64,000 nt of DNA from Ignavibacteriota bacterium (GTDB lineage Bacteria; Bacteroidota; Ignavibacteria; Palsa-1295): positions 736,001 to 800,000 of the forward strand of contig CAWBEI010000002.1 of NCBI GenBank assembly GCA_963787835.1, read 5' to 3'. The position numbers and the translations under genes were made by a program. Of the stretch, positions 18,822 to 29,508 are shown piece after piece. Numbering within the stretch: the first letter of the stretch is position 1; every line of letters starts with the position of its first letter. Below the pieces are notes generated by a model. The model did no database searches and had not been told where the DNA came from. It saw only the letters and a program-made list of their open reading frames with translations.

Positions 18822-21800
18822 ATGCGTCTATTCCTTGTCATAACTTTTTGCATCGTGGCTGGGCTGGAAGTACCATCCTACGCCCAAACCTCCGCCACGG
18901 GGATTCCCTATTTTCAGCAGCAGGTCCATTACACACTTGCTGCGAAATTCAATGACGATTTCGCCAATCCATCCATTGATGGCACCGGTTCTCTCATCTA
19001 CACCAATAATTCGCCGGACACGCTGCACGAACTGTACTTCCATCTCTACTGGAATCTCTTCAAAAGCGGCAGCTATGGCGAGACCGCACCGGAGCGCGAT
19101 CATTCACCGGACTCGAAATATGGGCATGGTGGGATTGATATAGAATCTTGTAAGCGAGAAATAATAATTGGGCCAACTGTTGACGTCATGCCCGGTGGTG
19201 CGAATCCAGTGCCCCTAAGATATGAGATTGACAATACTATCATGCGAGTATTTCTCGATAAGCCACTTTACCCACGAGGGAAGATGACTATAAGGTTCTC
19301 TTGGCACGGCCTCCTCCCCAACTACGGCATTCGTTCCACCTGGGGATGGCACGATAACGGCGCGCGCAGTTTTGCGACAGCACAGTGGTATCCGCAAATA
19401 TGCGTGTACGATAACCACGGCTGGCACCCCGACCAATATATCGGCATGGGCGAGTTTTATACGGATTATGGCTCGTTCGACGTATCACTGACTCTACCGG
19501 AACGATTTTCGACGGTGGTTTCTACCGGTTGGCAAACCAATCCTGAAGAGACGCTGCCGGATTCTGTGCGTGAACGTCTCGCATTCGCCAAAGCGCATCC
19601 TGATTCCATCGTTCGCATTGCGGATTATTCTGATTTTCAGCCATTTCGAATCTCGAAGGACGCACCAGCGCAGACCTGGAAGTTCCATGCCGACTCTGTC
19701 CGTGATTTTGCGTGGTGCGCTGATGAGGCCTTTATTCGAGACGCCGTCTATGATAATGGCATCATGCACAATGCTTTGTATTGGGAAAATTCCCGCGATT
19801 TCTGGTCGAAGGAAGCCGCAAAAATAGAATTGCTGACCATCCAGACCGATTCGAAATTTGCGGGGCAATATCTCTATCCCAATATCTTCATGTGTGAGAC
19901 GTACGAAGGCGGGATGGAATATCCCGGTATCGTTTTTATTGGCCCGTATTCGGATGGCTCGCGCGATCACGACGCACAGAACACCATGATGCACGAACTC
20001 GGACACCAATGGTACCCGATGATGATGGGTTCCAACGAAACCGATTACGGCTACATGGACGAAGGCTTCAATACCTTTATCACCACCTTTGTGCATGAAA
20101 AATATTTCGGAAGGTGGAATAATTCGTACGGCCCGGGACTGGGCTATAACGATGACGAACGAACGGATAATTATCGCACCGCTCTGTTGCAGCAGCTCTC
20201 CGGCAATCAGGAACCCACCAAGCAAAAGGCCGACCTATATTATAGTTACCGCGATTATGCGGATGCGACGTATCCACATCCCTCGAGCGTGTTTTTTATG
20301 CTGCGCTACACGATGGGTGATACGGCATTCGCTGATTTCATGAAGCTGTATTACGAGCGCTGGCGTTTCAAGCATCCCTACCCCGACGATCTGGAAAACG
20401 CCGCCGAAGACATCGATCGCCGCGAAGGCGATACCAACCGCGTCCGCGCGCGCGGCGATCTCCGCTGGTTTTTCAACGAATGGTTCGAGCAAACCTGGAA
20501 GCTGGATTACACGGTGAGCAGTTTTCATACGACCCCTCGCCTTACCCTCTCCCCTAATGGGGAGAGAGAATTCGATGTGTCCGTTACCATCGAGAAGTTA
20601 CAGCGCGCCGTTATGCCGCTCGATCTCGTGTTCACCTTCGACGATGGAACGACAGAACAAAAATGGATCCCCGTCGATGATTGGCTACGGACTGTTGCGG
20701 ATGAGCGAAGCTATACCTACACCTTTTCGAAGCAGCCAACCAAAGTTGAGATCAATCCCTCGCGTGAATTGCTCGATGTCAATCGGCTGAATAATACCAG
20801 CTCGTGGATTCCGCCGTTGGAGGTTGGGCTCGTCCCGAGATTTTTTGGAGATGTGAAACCGATCGACGAATATGCAGTGCGATCCTTACCGTTTATTGTG
20901 CCACAATCGGTCTTCCAGAATTGGACTGTTGGCTGGACGCTGCTCGGCAGCTATCTCGAACGTAGCGACCGAATTGCATTCGGCATTCGCGAGAATACCA
21001 ACGATCTGAACTGGATCCCTGGTATGGTCACACAATATCATACAGTACTGGACTGGCTCTCGCCGTGGACCGATCTCGATGTCGCCGGTCTCATTCATAC
21101 CCAGAACGAGGAATTCTTCGGGATGCAAATGAGTCAGGCTGTTTATGCTCCGGGGAGCATGAAGGCGCGGCATATCTTCAATGCCGGGTATGATCTTTCC
21201 GGGTACATCGTGTCGAAGCAACCCGCCACGCTCGATCCGGATGGTTCCCTTGCATCTCCAATTCCATTGCTGAACCGCGTCACCGCTGGTTATACTTTTT
21301 ATGACGATGAAACGATAAATCAGTTCAGCGTTGCAGCAGAGTTCGAAAGCGGCGTAGGCGATCCGAGAACAACGTATTCGAAACTTGCTGCCCTCGTCGA
21401 TGACCGCGTGCTGCTGGGTCCGGACTGGAATGCATTCCTTCGATTTTTCGGCGGTAGTATGCAGCCAATAAATGGCAATATCCCCACGCAGACACTCTTT
21501 CAACTTGGTGCTTCGAGCGATCTCGATCAACTCAGCGATCTCTATGCCTCGAATTTCGGCAGCACGGACCGGGATAAAATTCGGAATGCGACGATGAGTG
21601 GTCCGTTCGTGCGGGGATATTTAGTCGATGCGAACAACTATGGCCGCGTTGCCGCAAGCGGGACGTTCGAGCTTGGCAATCAATCGCTTTTTCCATTCTC
21701 CTTCCTTACGGATATTCCTTATGCCGGCAAAGTGTTCGATATGTTCGGCCTCAACCTATTCGGCGACGCAGGATTTGTTACCAATGTCCTCAGCCGAGGA

Positions 21801-22001
21801 GATTTGCCTGGTGTTATTAAGAGCGATCTCGGGATTGGACTTCGATTTTTCGGATTCAACAAGTACGCGCATCGAACAGGGAATTTCGATCTCGACCGAT
21901 CCGATATTCAGATCGATTTTCCCTTGTATCTCGATAAGCCCGAAGATGGATCTAAAAAGCTCGCCCTCCGAGCTGTTGCGGTCGTGAGGCAGGATTTTTA
22001 A
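18822..22001 (+). CDS. M1-family aminopeptidase with C-terminal Omp85-like barrel
   Basis: Signal peptide; YFQQQVHY, QWYP, GGMEYP, HELGH, DEGF, WRFKHPYP; C-terminal VRGY, FGDAG, SDLGIGLRF, terminal Phe. Confidence 0.85.
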   Translation: MRLFLVITFCIVAGLEVPSYAQTSATGIPYFQQQVHYTLAAKFNDDFANPSIDGTGSLIYTNNSPDTLHELYFHLYWNLFKSGSYGETAPERDHSPDSKYGHGGIDIESCKREIIIGPTVDVMPGGANPVPLRYEIDNTIMRVFLDKPLYPRGKMTIRFSWHGLLPNYGIRSTWGWHDNGARSFATAQWYPQICVYDNHGWHPDQYIGMGEFYTDYGSFDVSLTLPERFSTVVSTGWQTNPEETLPDSVRERLAFAKAHPDSIVRIADYSDFQPFRISKDAPAQTWKFHADSVRDFAWCADEAFIRDAVYDNGIMHNALYWENSRDFWSKEAAKIELLTIQTDSKFAGQYLYPNIFMCETYEGGMEYPGIVFIGPYSDGSRDHDAQNTMMHELGHQWYPMMMGSNETDYGYMDEGFNTFITTFVHEKYFGRWNNSYGPGLGYNDDERTDNYRTALLQQLSGNQEPTKQKADLYYSYRDYADATYPHPSSVFFMLRYTMGDTAFADFMKLYYERWRFKHPYPDDLENAAEDIDRREGDTNRVRARGDLRWFFNEWFEQTWKLDYTVSSFHTTPRLTLSPNGEREFDVSVTIEKLQRAVMPLDLVFTFDDGTTEQKWIPVDDWLRTVADERSYTYTFSKQPTKVEINPSRELLDVNRLNNTSSWIPPLEVGLVPRFFGDVKPIDEYAVRSLPFIVPQSVFQNWTVGWTLLGSYLERSDRIAFGIRENTNDLNWIPGMVTQYHTVLDWLSPWTDLDVAGLIHTQNEEFFGMQMSQAVYAPGSMKARHIFNAGYDLSGYIVSKQPATLDPDGSLASPIPLLNRVTAGYTFYDDETINQFSVAAEFESGVGDPRTTYSKLAALVDDRVLLGPDWNAFLRFFGGSMQPINGNIPTQTLFQLGASSDLDQLSDLYASNFGSTDRDKIRNATMSGPFVRGYLVDANNYGRVAASGTFELGNQSLFPFSFLTDIPYAGKVFDMFGLNLFGDAGFVTNVLSRGDLPGVIKSDLGIGLRFFGFNKYAHRTGNFDLDRSDIQIDFPLYLDKPEDGSKKLALRAVAVVRQDF
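20533..20569. repeat. REP-like hairpin in frame within M1 peptidase
   Basis: cccctcgccttaccctctcccctaatggggagagaga. Confidence 0.7.
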
Positions 22002-22056
22002 CCTGGATTACGCTGATTTTTCTGATTGGAATTTCAGCTAATCAATGCGACCGCAG

Positions 22057-22884
22057 TTAGGGTCCCACATTTGCTGTGATCGGCGCAGTGCGGAGTACTT
22101 CCGAGCCATTCATGCGGATACCAAGCGTGAGCGAGGCTGGGCCTGGCGCTAAGTCTGGTGGCGCGGTAAATTCAAGGGACATTCCATCGAGCGTAATGCC
22201 ACAGTTCTCGACAAAACAGCGCCAATTTTTCCCTCCCTGCTCGATATAGAGAAAATTCCCACCGGATAATTTATCCCAATCTTTCATAATGCGGTGATTG
22301 ACGGCCGTCCACTGCTCGGCTGGGGAGAGCTTGCTGAGTCCGATATTCTGTTCCAACTCCTCGCGGGCTTGTTTTTCATCGACGAACCCTTCCGGCACGA
22401 ATCCATCCCCGATCACCTGGAAGTTCGCGAGCGGCTTCAGCGTACCACCCCCTACTTTGATGAGCTTTGCCTCCGGTTTCGGCGCGATCGTTAGCGGATA
22501 CGGAATGCTCGGGTCGGTTCCGTTCACGATATAGACCGTCGCCTTGCCAGGCTGAAAGATCGCGGGCGCCATGAACGTGGCGATGCACGAGTCCCCCACG
22601 CTCTGGTACGAACCAAGCGAAGTCCAGACTTGCTTACCATTTTGCTCGATACGCAGGATGGGAACGTCCGATTTCATCCAGGCAATAAGTTTTTCCGCCG
22701 TGCATTTTGAGCGCGTGATCGCGTGATCGGGATCAGGATTCTCGAAAATAATAATGCCAAGCTGACCGGGAATGATCGCTTTCGGGAGGCTATAGATCTT
22801 GAGTTTTCGGGCGTTCGCGGTCAGTGAGAGAATAAACGTGATCGCTATAAGAGCAGACCACACCGCCAAATAACGTTTCATCAT
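22057..22884 (-). CDS. Secreted hypothetical protein, two IPT/TIG-like Ig repeats
   Basis: Signal peptide; internal duplication (IEQNGKQVW...FMAPAIFQPG / IEQGGKNW...FTAPPDLAPG). Confidence 0.7.
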   Translation of the reverse strand: MMKRYLAVWSALIAITFILSLTANARKLKIYSLPKAIIPGQLGIIIFENPDPDHAITRSKCTAEKLIAWMKSDVPILRIEQNGKQVWTSLGSYQSVGDSCIATFMAPAIFQPGKATVYIVNGTDPSIPYPLTIAPKPEAKLIKVGGGTLKPLANFQVIGDGFVPEGFVDEKQAREELEQNIGLSKLSPAEQWTAVNHRIMKDWDKLSGGNFLYIEQGGKNWRCFVENCGITLDGMSLEFTAPPDLAPGPASLTLGIRMNGSEVLRTAPITANVGP

Positions 22885-22962
22885 ATTCGCACTACTTTTT
22901 CCGATTCACAACATCGGGATCGGGTAGTGTTTAAACAACAAACCATACCTATCCTGTTCTCG

Positions 22963-24840
22963 CTATTTCCGAAGCATAAGCCATGCGCCCGCTCGTATGC
23001 GTTCAAGCGTGGTATCGGTGGCTGGCGCAAGCCCCTCAGGCCGATACACGCGGAAGACATTGAATCGTGCAAGAGGAAGCGTGGGAATAAATGGCGGCCC
23101 ATTTTCCTGAGTAACATCTTCTAAGATCGGTTCGCCTTGCAGATCGATCAGGCCGGATTGCATAATGAGCATATCTCCCGAATGAACGAAATCGCTGGAT
23201 AGATAATCTTCAACCGGCAACCTCTGCAAAAGTTGTGCGGAATCCGAGACATGTTTTGTGAGTGCAAGAAATTGCTTTGGCGAGTTTAAAATACGAGAGA
23301 TTCCCCACTCCCGTGCCAGCCTGCGAGTAACTAATACTTTGTCGCCTTTCCATTCGGTAGCATAGGGCACTGCCGCAAATTCAAAGAAATTCTGATCGGC
23401 TGTCGGTCCATCCAGATTTGGACGAACGGCACGAGAGTATCGCTGTGTATAGCCGAGATAATACGCGGCAATGGGTTCCGGCACAAGCCAGAAAGCACGG
23501 CGGGTCGAGGTTACACCAACCTTGTCTGGCTTCTCCAATGAAAGCACCGCGTGCGCAAGGCCTGCATAATCGACATCGTTTCGAAGGTATTTGAAATAAT
23601 TGGAATAGGAATTGTGAGCTCCCATTACGAGAAAAAAGATAATTTCATAACGGGCAAGGAAAAGCACAATATCCATTCCTTTCGCTTTTGGAAGTTTTTC
23701 CTCCTTTGCTTCCATAAAGGCGAACATCCAGCGATTTGGATACCATTTCATGAGGCGTTCCAGAGCCTCGAGTACAGCCACGATCAGGATACACCCAAAT
23801 GGAACAAGCACCAATAAATACCGCTCGAACATCCTGCCGAGCACAATGAGCGCAGCCGTTTGCAATAGCAGAAATATAGTGAGGTGCAGCATCGCTTTTG
23901 ACGATCGTACTATAGTGGCGGACTTATCATCTTGCATCAAACTTGCCTTTCCATGCTTTCGAAGAAGCAGCCAAGCCAACAGGAATGATCCTGCGAACAC
24001 GACCTCCGTGATTCCAAAGAAAACAAGATGAATCTTTGAGAGATAATAATTCAACGCATACGAGAACGTATAACTTCCCGCTTTTCCCATGAACGCGAAC
24101 AACCAAACGGATTCATCGTACGGCCAGATCATCAGGGTTACGAAGGCTCCGAACATCATCGCACAAAGTCCTGCACACGCAGTAGAAATGCGATACCGGC
24201 GAGCGACCACGCCACTGAACATCCAAATAGCTCCCGGAACGACGGCATTGTACTTCATGATGAAGGCCAACCCCCAAATACATACCAAATAGAACAGTAG
24301 CATCCATTTGCGCGGAGCTGTACGCCACGTATTCGTGGCAAGGCGGTCGAACCCATAGCAACCAAGCAATACGAAAAACACTTGAAACGGGTCGGCGAAT
24401 AACACTCGGCTAAAGGCGACAGCGAACGGATGCAGCGCGAGCAAAATTGCACTTGCGTTCGCGATCTTTTCATGGAATAACCGGCGTGCCAACCCATACG
24501 CCGCAGCGATCGTGGCTACACCGATCAGCGCCGATGGAATACGCAGCAGGAAATCACTCGCAAGGCCCGCAGTGCCGAGCATCTGCGCGATCATCCAGAC
24601 GAACGGCGCGTTCGACATTGCTTCCCACATCCGCGTGTGATTCTGGATGATGTCGCGCGCGCCCACGGCAACGGTCGCTTCATCCAGCAGCACGCTATGG
24701 GCAGAAAGCCACAGGATCCTCGCGAGAAGACCCAATGTCATCGCCAAAAGAAGCGGCCAATATTGTTTTAAAGTGCGGGAAATAGGATTCTTGAGATGAG
24801 TATTACTAATGAAATGACCTTTGGCAAGCAATTGTTTCAT
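22963..24840 (-). CDS. GT-C glycosyltransferase, ArnT/PMT-like
   Basis: LDEA loop-1 motif, RIPSALIG, HPFAVAFSRVLFADP, MKY; ~11 TM segments plus soluble C-terminal domain. Confidence 0.85.
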   Translation of the reverse strand: MKQLLAKGHFISNTHLKNPISRTLKQYWPLLLAMTLGLLARILWLSAHSVLLDEATVAVGARDIIQNHTRMWEAMSNAPFVWMIAQMLGTAGLASDFLLRIPSALIGVATIAAAYGLARRLFHEKIANASAILLALHPFAVAFSRVLFADPFQVFFVLLGCYGFDRLATNTWRTAPRKWMLLFYLVCIWGLAFIMKYNAVVPGAIWMFSGVVARRYRISTACAGLCAMMFGAFVTLMIWPYDESVWLFAFMGKAGSYTFSYALNYYLSKIHLVFFGITEVVFAGSFLLAWLLLRKHGKASLMQDDKSATIVRSSKAMLHLTIFLLLQTAALIVLGRMFERYLLVLVPFGCILIVAVLEALERLMKWYPNRWMFAFMEAKEEKLPKAKGMDIVLFLARYEIIFFLVMGAHNSYSNYFKYLRNDVDYAGLAHAVLSLEKPDKVGVTSTRRAFWLVPEPIAAYYLGYTQRYSRAVRPNLDGPTADQNFFEFAAVPYATEWKGDKVLVTRRLAREWGISRILNSPKQFLALTKHVSDSAQLLQRLPVEDYLSSDFVHSGDMLIMQSGLIDLQGEPILEDVTQENGPPFIPTLPLARFNVFRVYRPEGLAPATDTTLERIRAGAWLMLRK

Positions 24841-26368
24841 GCCCATCGCAACCACTCCATTATTTCTCCGCCGTTTCTGGCCCTCTGTCGTCTATCTTGC
24901 CGTGATGGCGATGGCAGGATGGCTCTCGCATTTTGCCATTCTGATCAACGATATTTTCCCACTGAACTGGCAGGCAGAGCATCTTACTATTACCACACCC
25001 GAGAGTTTTTACAACGGCTTTTTCCCCATTGGCTTCCCACTACTGCTGCGCTTGGTGTCTTTCACAGGCAATTCCATTCTTACTCTGATCCTCTTTCAAA
25101 TAGCGATTGCGCCGTTCTATGCAGTGCTCGTTTATCGCTTGATAGACAAACTCGCCCCCGGCCCCAGCGCCGCGATCATACTTCCCCTCGCGCTTTTTGC
25201 ACCGCCAATAATCCACGCCATTCTCGGCGCGACTCCAGATTTTTTTGCTGCGATGGCCGTCCTTGGAGGGTGCCTTTTTATTATTCGCGAGAATGGAAAA
25301 TGGAATTACCTTCTCGCCGGACTCGGAGTGGGATTTGGCTGTCTTTTCCGTTCACATATTTTAGTGCTCGCTGTTACACTTTCTCTTTCGATCCTTCTTT
25401 TTGAAAAAGATCACCGCCTGCGCGCCACTGTAGAATTTTGCCTCGGCGTCCTGCCTTTTGTGATCGCGCAGGGACTGCTACAGGTCTGGTCTGGCCACGG
25501 ATTTTTCGAAAATGCACAAGCCTTCAATATCTGGAAAGCAATGCACGGCATGGATTGGAGCAACCCACCCGCGCTCGCACACACAAGTGCAGTACGTGTG
25601 ATATTAGCAGAGCCTGCATTTTTATTCACATCCACCGGTAAGTGGATCCTCCAAAATTCGCTATACTTCATCTCCTTTGTCGCGGGAACGATCTTTTTGT
25701 TGGTGCATAGAGGAGCGGAAAACTTTGCACGATTTAAACCGCTTCTACTCTTGGCTGTGGCATCGTTCGTGTATCTATTGATCACCTCTGTCGGTAAAAG
25801 TACAAGCGCATTCACGCCGGTCATTCCATTTGCTGCCGCTTGCGTAGTGCCAATGATCGACTTTGTATTTTCCCTCAGCGGAATGAAATTTCTCGACCGC
25901 CATCTTAAGATTCTTGCGGGAGTATGTTGGATCTCTTGTATTATTGGGTTCTATCTGTTTATCGAGGGACAAGCCGGTCGAGTGGAAGACTACGTAAACG
26001 TCGAACGCGTATTGGAATTGCATTCCGTGAGTGCATCATCACCGTCCACAATCGAACGATCGAGTACAACCCTTAAAATTTATACGGACGATTACGATCT
26101 ATATTTTCCAGACCTGCAATATCGCATTCCGCTCACCAGTGGAGGTTGGGCAGCAGTGGGGTTGCCACTTTATCCAAAATATTTTCCACATATTCGCAAT
26201 ATTTCGGCAGAAAAAGAACGAGACGATCTTATCCAAAATGGGATTCAGTGGGCTATTTACCGCACCCCTCCTTATGACCCGCTCGGTTATCAAAATGTGA
26301 AAAGCGATACCTTACACTTCAGGCTAACCTATCGCACTCGCTTTCATGAGATCTATCGCGTTCAGTAA
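24839..26368 (+). CDS. GT-C-like polytopic membrane glycosyltransferase (inverted relative to cluster)
   Basis: Multiple TM helices, FFPIGFP, ATPDFF, LFR; C-terminal soluble domain. Confidence 0.7.
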   Translation: MPIATTPLFLRRFWPSVVYLAVMAMAGWLSHFAILINDIFPLNWQAEHLTITTPESFYNGFFPIGFPLLLRLVSFTGNSILTLILFQIAIAPFYAVLVYRLIDKLAPGPSAAIILPLALFAPPIIHAILGATPDFFAAMAVLGGCLFIIRENGKWNYLLAGLGVGFGCLFRSHILVLAVTLSLSILLFEKDHRLRATVEFCLGVLPFVIAQGLLQVWSGHGFFENAQAFNIWKAMHGMDWSNPPALAHTSAVRVILAEPAFLFTSTGKWILQNSLYFISFVAGTIFLLVHRGAENFARFKPLLLLAVASFVYLLITSVGKSTSAFTPVIPFAAACVVPMIDFVFSLSGMKFLDRHLKILAGVCWISCIIGFYLFIEGQAGRVEDYVNVERVLELHSVSASSPSTIERSSTTLKIYTDDYDLYFPDLQYRIPLTSGGWAAVGLPLYPKYFPHIRNISAEKERDDLIQNGIQWAIYRTPPYDPLGYQNVKSDTLHFRLTYRTRFHEIYRVQ

Positions 26369-27909
26369 CGCATTACCGGAGCGGGAAGCATACCGTTTCC
26401 TTTCTCATTCAACTGACGCAGGAACTCTCTTTTGCAATCGATATAAAACGGACTATTAACATTCAGCAGCCATACCAGCGGATAAGGGAATGCTTCCGTA
26501 GTTGCAACAGCCTCGAAAGAAGGTGATCGTGCAAGACCATAAGCATCTTCAACCCAGCCGCCGGTATCGCGGGAATACACCGGCAACAACATAATATCCG
26601 GCTGCTCTGCGCGAAGAATTTCACCTCTTTCCGCGATGGTATGTGCATGCGCGATTCGTGTATCGTTCAACCCGAAGAGATCGATATGATGAACGTCCGA
26701 CTTATACACAACATATCCGGCATCCCCGTACGCGAATTGAAGCGAATCGGAATGTGGCAGTGTTCGTAGTACCCGAACGATGGGATCCATACTGGCATCC
26801 CACACTTCCTCATGTGCAGCAAGCGCCTGCTGCGTGCGCGGACTGAATACCGAGAGCATTATTTGCACAACAGTCATCAGAACGGTGGGAACTATGAGAG
26901 ATCGCAGGTGCATACGTTGAGCGAGCGCGTGCGTGCCAATGGCCGCAGTAATGCACAGCATCGTAAACACGGGCCAAAGATATCTATCGTAAAGCCCTTC
27001 GAGCGGAAGTACGAATAAGTAAAACGCAAGTAAGGCTACCACCCACAGCACGGGAATCAACACTGCTTTTTCATGCCATTTACGAATCGCGAGCGTTAGC
27101 ACGAGCAACACCAGCATACTTACAAAGAACAATCGAACATATTGCAATCCTGGCAGCAAGGAATGCGGATTTGAAAGGACTTTTACATAGAACGAATTCG
27201 GGAGCCACTCGCCGAAATAACAATACTTCCAGATCGCATATACTATTCCAGGCAGAACAAATGCTATCACAAACGCACGAATGACCTTCTTCAAATTCGA
27301 TCGTTCAAACGGCGGCTTTGATACCATGGCAATGGCCACTAGAATGATCAATCCTATTAATGCACCCTCTGGACGAGTAAGCGTAGCAAGGAACGCAGCG
27401 CCGAACGATAAAAACAATCGATCCCGGACTGCCCAAAGAACAGCAAGTGTTATAAACATCACAAACAGGCTCGTCTCCATCCCACTCAATGCGTTGACCC
27501 ACGTCAGTGGAGTGAAGAGAAAGAAAGCAGCCGCAAGTAAACCAGTCTCTACACTATACGCTTTCGACCCTATTCGATACAGAAGGATACTTGTTATGAT
27601 AGTAGAGACAACACCAACGATCTGTGCAGCAACAAGAAGATCTGATGTGACAGATCGTATCCCGGCGAGAAGCAACACATAGAGAAAATTGGTGTATCCT
27701 TCCGTGGGCGGTCCGCCAACGTTCCACACAAAGCCCAACCCAGCAGCAACATGCTCCGCATAACGAAAAGTGATAAACACATCGTCGAACGGAAATCGTA
27801 AACGGAATTGCCAGATAAGCACGGATATAACAATTCCAACCAGGCCAGCCACGGCTGGATAGAGCTTTTCCAGTCGCCGATGATGAAGGTTCTGCGCCGG
27901 ACTACTCAT
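26362..27909 (-). CDS. GT-C glycosyltransferase, AftB (arabinofuranosyltransferase)-like
   Basis: DDVFITFRYA...G.G.VWN...EGYTN, SGMET, TRPEG, YFGEWLPNSFY, IDLFGLND. Confidence 0.8.
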   Translation of the reverse strand: MSSPAQNLHHRRLEKLYPAVAGLVGIVISVLIWQFRLRFPFDDVFITFRYAEHVAAGLGFVWNVGGPPTEGYTNFLYVLLLAGIRSVTSDLLVAAQIVGVVSTIITSILLYRIGSKAYSVETGLLAAAFFLFTPLTWVNALSGMETSLFVMFITLAVLWAVRDRLFLSFGAAFLATLTRPEGALIGLIILVAIAMVSKPPFERSNLKKVIRAFVIAFVLPGIVYAIWKYCYFGEWLPNSFYVKVLSNPHSLLPGLQYVRLFFVSMLVLLVLTLAIRKWHEKAVLIPVLWVVALLAFYLFVLPLEGLYDRYLWPVFTMLCITAAIGTHALAQRMHLRSLIVPTVLMTVVQIMLSVFSPRTQQALAAHEEVWDASMDPIVRVLRTLPHSDSLQFAYGDAGYVVYKSDVHHIDLFGLNDTRIAHAHTIAERGEILRAEQPDIMLLPVYSRDTGGWVEDAYGLARSPSFEAVATTEAFPYPLVWLLNVNSPFYIDCKREFLRQLNEKGNGMLPAPVMRY

Positions 27910-29492
27910 CGTGATAATTGAAATAGAAGCAGTGTGTCTTGCCAGTGTAACCCATCGAAATAATCGCGGCCCATGTCACCATTCGTGCCAGGATAGCTCC
28001 CCTTCAATATGCCAACTCTCATTACTTGCCGATAGAATGGATCGTCCCGCATTCGATCTTTAGGATAGACCGGCGAATTATACAACACCGCATAATTGAC
28101 ATGCTCCTTTATAAGGAACGAATCTATTGGCAGAAAATATAGTGGGAATGATATAAAATGATCGGTCATCGCCTGAATGCTGGTATCCTGCGAAAGACGG
28201 TCAAGCGCAAACGGCTCGCACACAACGCGCGGCTTACCCGTTCCTTGCCAACTCGAACGAATACTCTCCGTTAAACTATGAATATTCGCTCGATTGGATC
28301 GGTCGATGGCGGCAGCAGTGGACATCGCATTCCAACTATCATCAAATCCAAACCGAACGCTGACAAGAGCAAGCAGCGTAAAAACTGTTACACCAACATA
28401 TCCCCAGCGTTCTACGATGGTAGTAGCAATGAGTGCAATACCGAGAAAAATAAGTGGAAGCAGGTGCATCAAATAATTGATCTCCGCGCCTTCGAGAAGC
28501 AGCCAGCTAAGAAACACAATCCCAACTGCTATTACAAATGAATGTCGATGCTCGGAACTTCGTCTTGGCACGATCACAAACAAGAGCGCTAATACAAAAG
28601 CCTGAGGAGCCTCCGATACGAATTGCTTAAAGCGGATCACAATATTAGAAACCTGAACCGAACGCGAGAACGGACGCCGTATAGGGATCGAAGAAATGAC
28701 ATCGTGAAACTGCACGGGACCAGCCGTTACTGCAAAAAGAGTAAGAATCCCGCTCGTGCAATAATAGACGGCGACCAGAATCGACATCATTCCCGCTGCT
28801 CCAGCAATTGCAGCGGCTGTCAGCGACCACCGCTGCATTCCCCCAAGCCTCCAGAGGAAGTACAAAGAAACCGGTCCTAGCAAGGTTAGTAAATGGATCG
28901 ATGAACTAAAAGCCAGAAAAATGACAACCGCTCCATATCCGAACCAACCCCATGTGCCAAGTTCCTTCCTCTGTTGTGCAAATTTTGTGCATACCACAAC
29001 AAAAGCAAGCACGATACCGCCCGCTAATAGGTCCGGCCTCACAGAATGACTCGCAAAAAAGAACGAGCGCGTACAAACAAGAAGCAACGACGCAAGTGCG
29101 GAAGCAAACCGAGATGCCCCCAACCATCGAGAGCAAAAATACATTGACAAGAGCAACCCGAACGCCAACACTGCTGTAACTACTCTTCCAACTGCAACAG
29201 GATCGTGCCCAGCGACCAATGCTGGGAACCCATATAGAAGCGAAGAAAGCCACGTCATGCTAAGCACAAGCCCCTTGCCATGTTCAAGTGTCGAGCCAAT
29301 TGCCAACGGATAGTGAACAACGCCGGTCGCGATCTGCTGCACTGCTTCGGTCATGAGCCACGTTTCGTCACCGAACCACCGAAGCGAATTCGGCTGCGGA
29401 AAAATAAAAAGCGACTGGAGTTGCAGCGCGAACAGCACACATGCCAGCGTGAGCATCGAAAATGCGATCGTATTTGGGATCCGTATCTTCAT
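27906..29492 (-). CDS. GT-C glycosyltransferase, WxGDE paralog
   Basis: WFGDETW, SHSVRPD, C-terminal DMGRDYF...DTLLLF; ATG 29492. Confidence 0.8.
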   Translation of the reverse strand: MKIRIPNTIAFSMLTLACVLFALQLQSLFIFPQPNSLRWFGDETWLMTEAVQQIATGVVHYPLAIGSTLEHGKGLVLSMTWLSSLLYGFPALVAGHDPVAVGRVVTAVLAFGLLLSMYFCSRWLGASRFASALASLLLVCTRSFFFASHSVRPDLLAGGIVLAFVVVCTKFAQQRKELGTWGWFGYGAVVIFLAFSSSIHLLTLLGPVSLYFLWRLGGMQRWSLTAAAIAGAAGMMSILVAVYYCTSGILTLFAVTAGPVQFHDVISSIPIRRPFSRSVQVSNIVIRFKQFVSEAPQAFVLALLFVIVPRRSSEHRHSFVIAVGIVFLSWLLLEGAEINYLMHLLPLIFLGIALIATTIVERWGYVGVTVFTLLALVSVRFGFDDSWNAMSTAAAIDRSNRANIHSLTESIRSSWQGTGKPRVVCEPFALDRLSQDTSIQAMTDHFISFPLYFLPIDSFLIKEHVNYAVLYNSPVYPKDRMRDDPFYRQVMRVGILKGSYPGTNGDMGRDYFDGLHWQDTLLLFQLSR

Positions 29493-29508
29493 TATCTCGG
29501 TAGATTCA

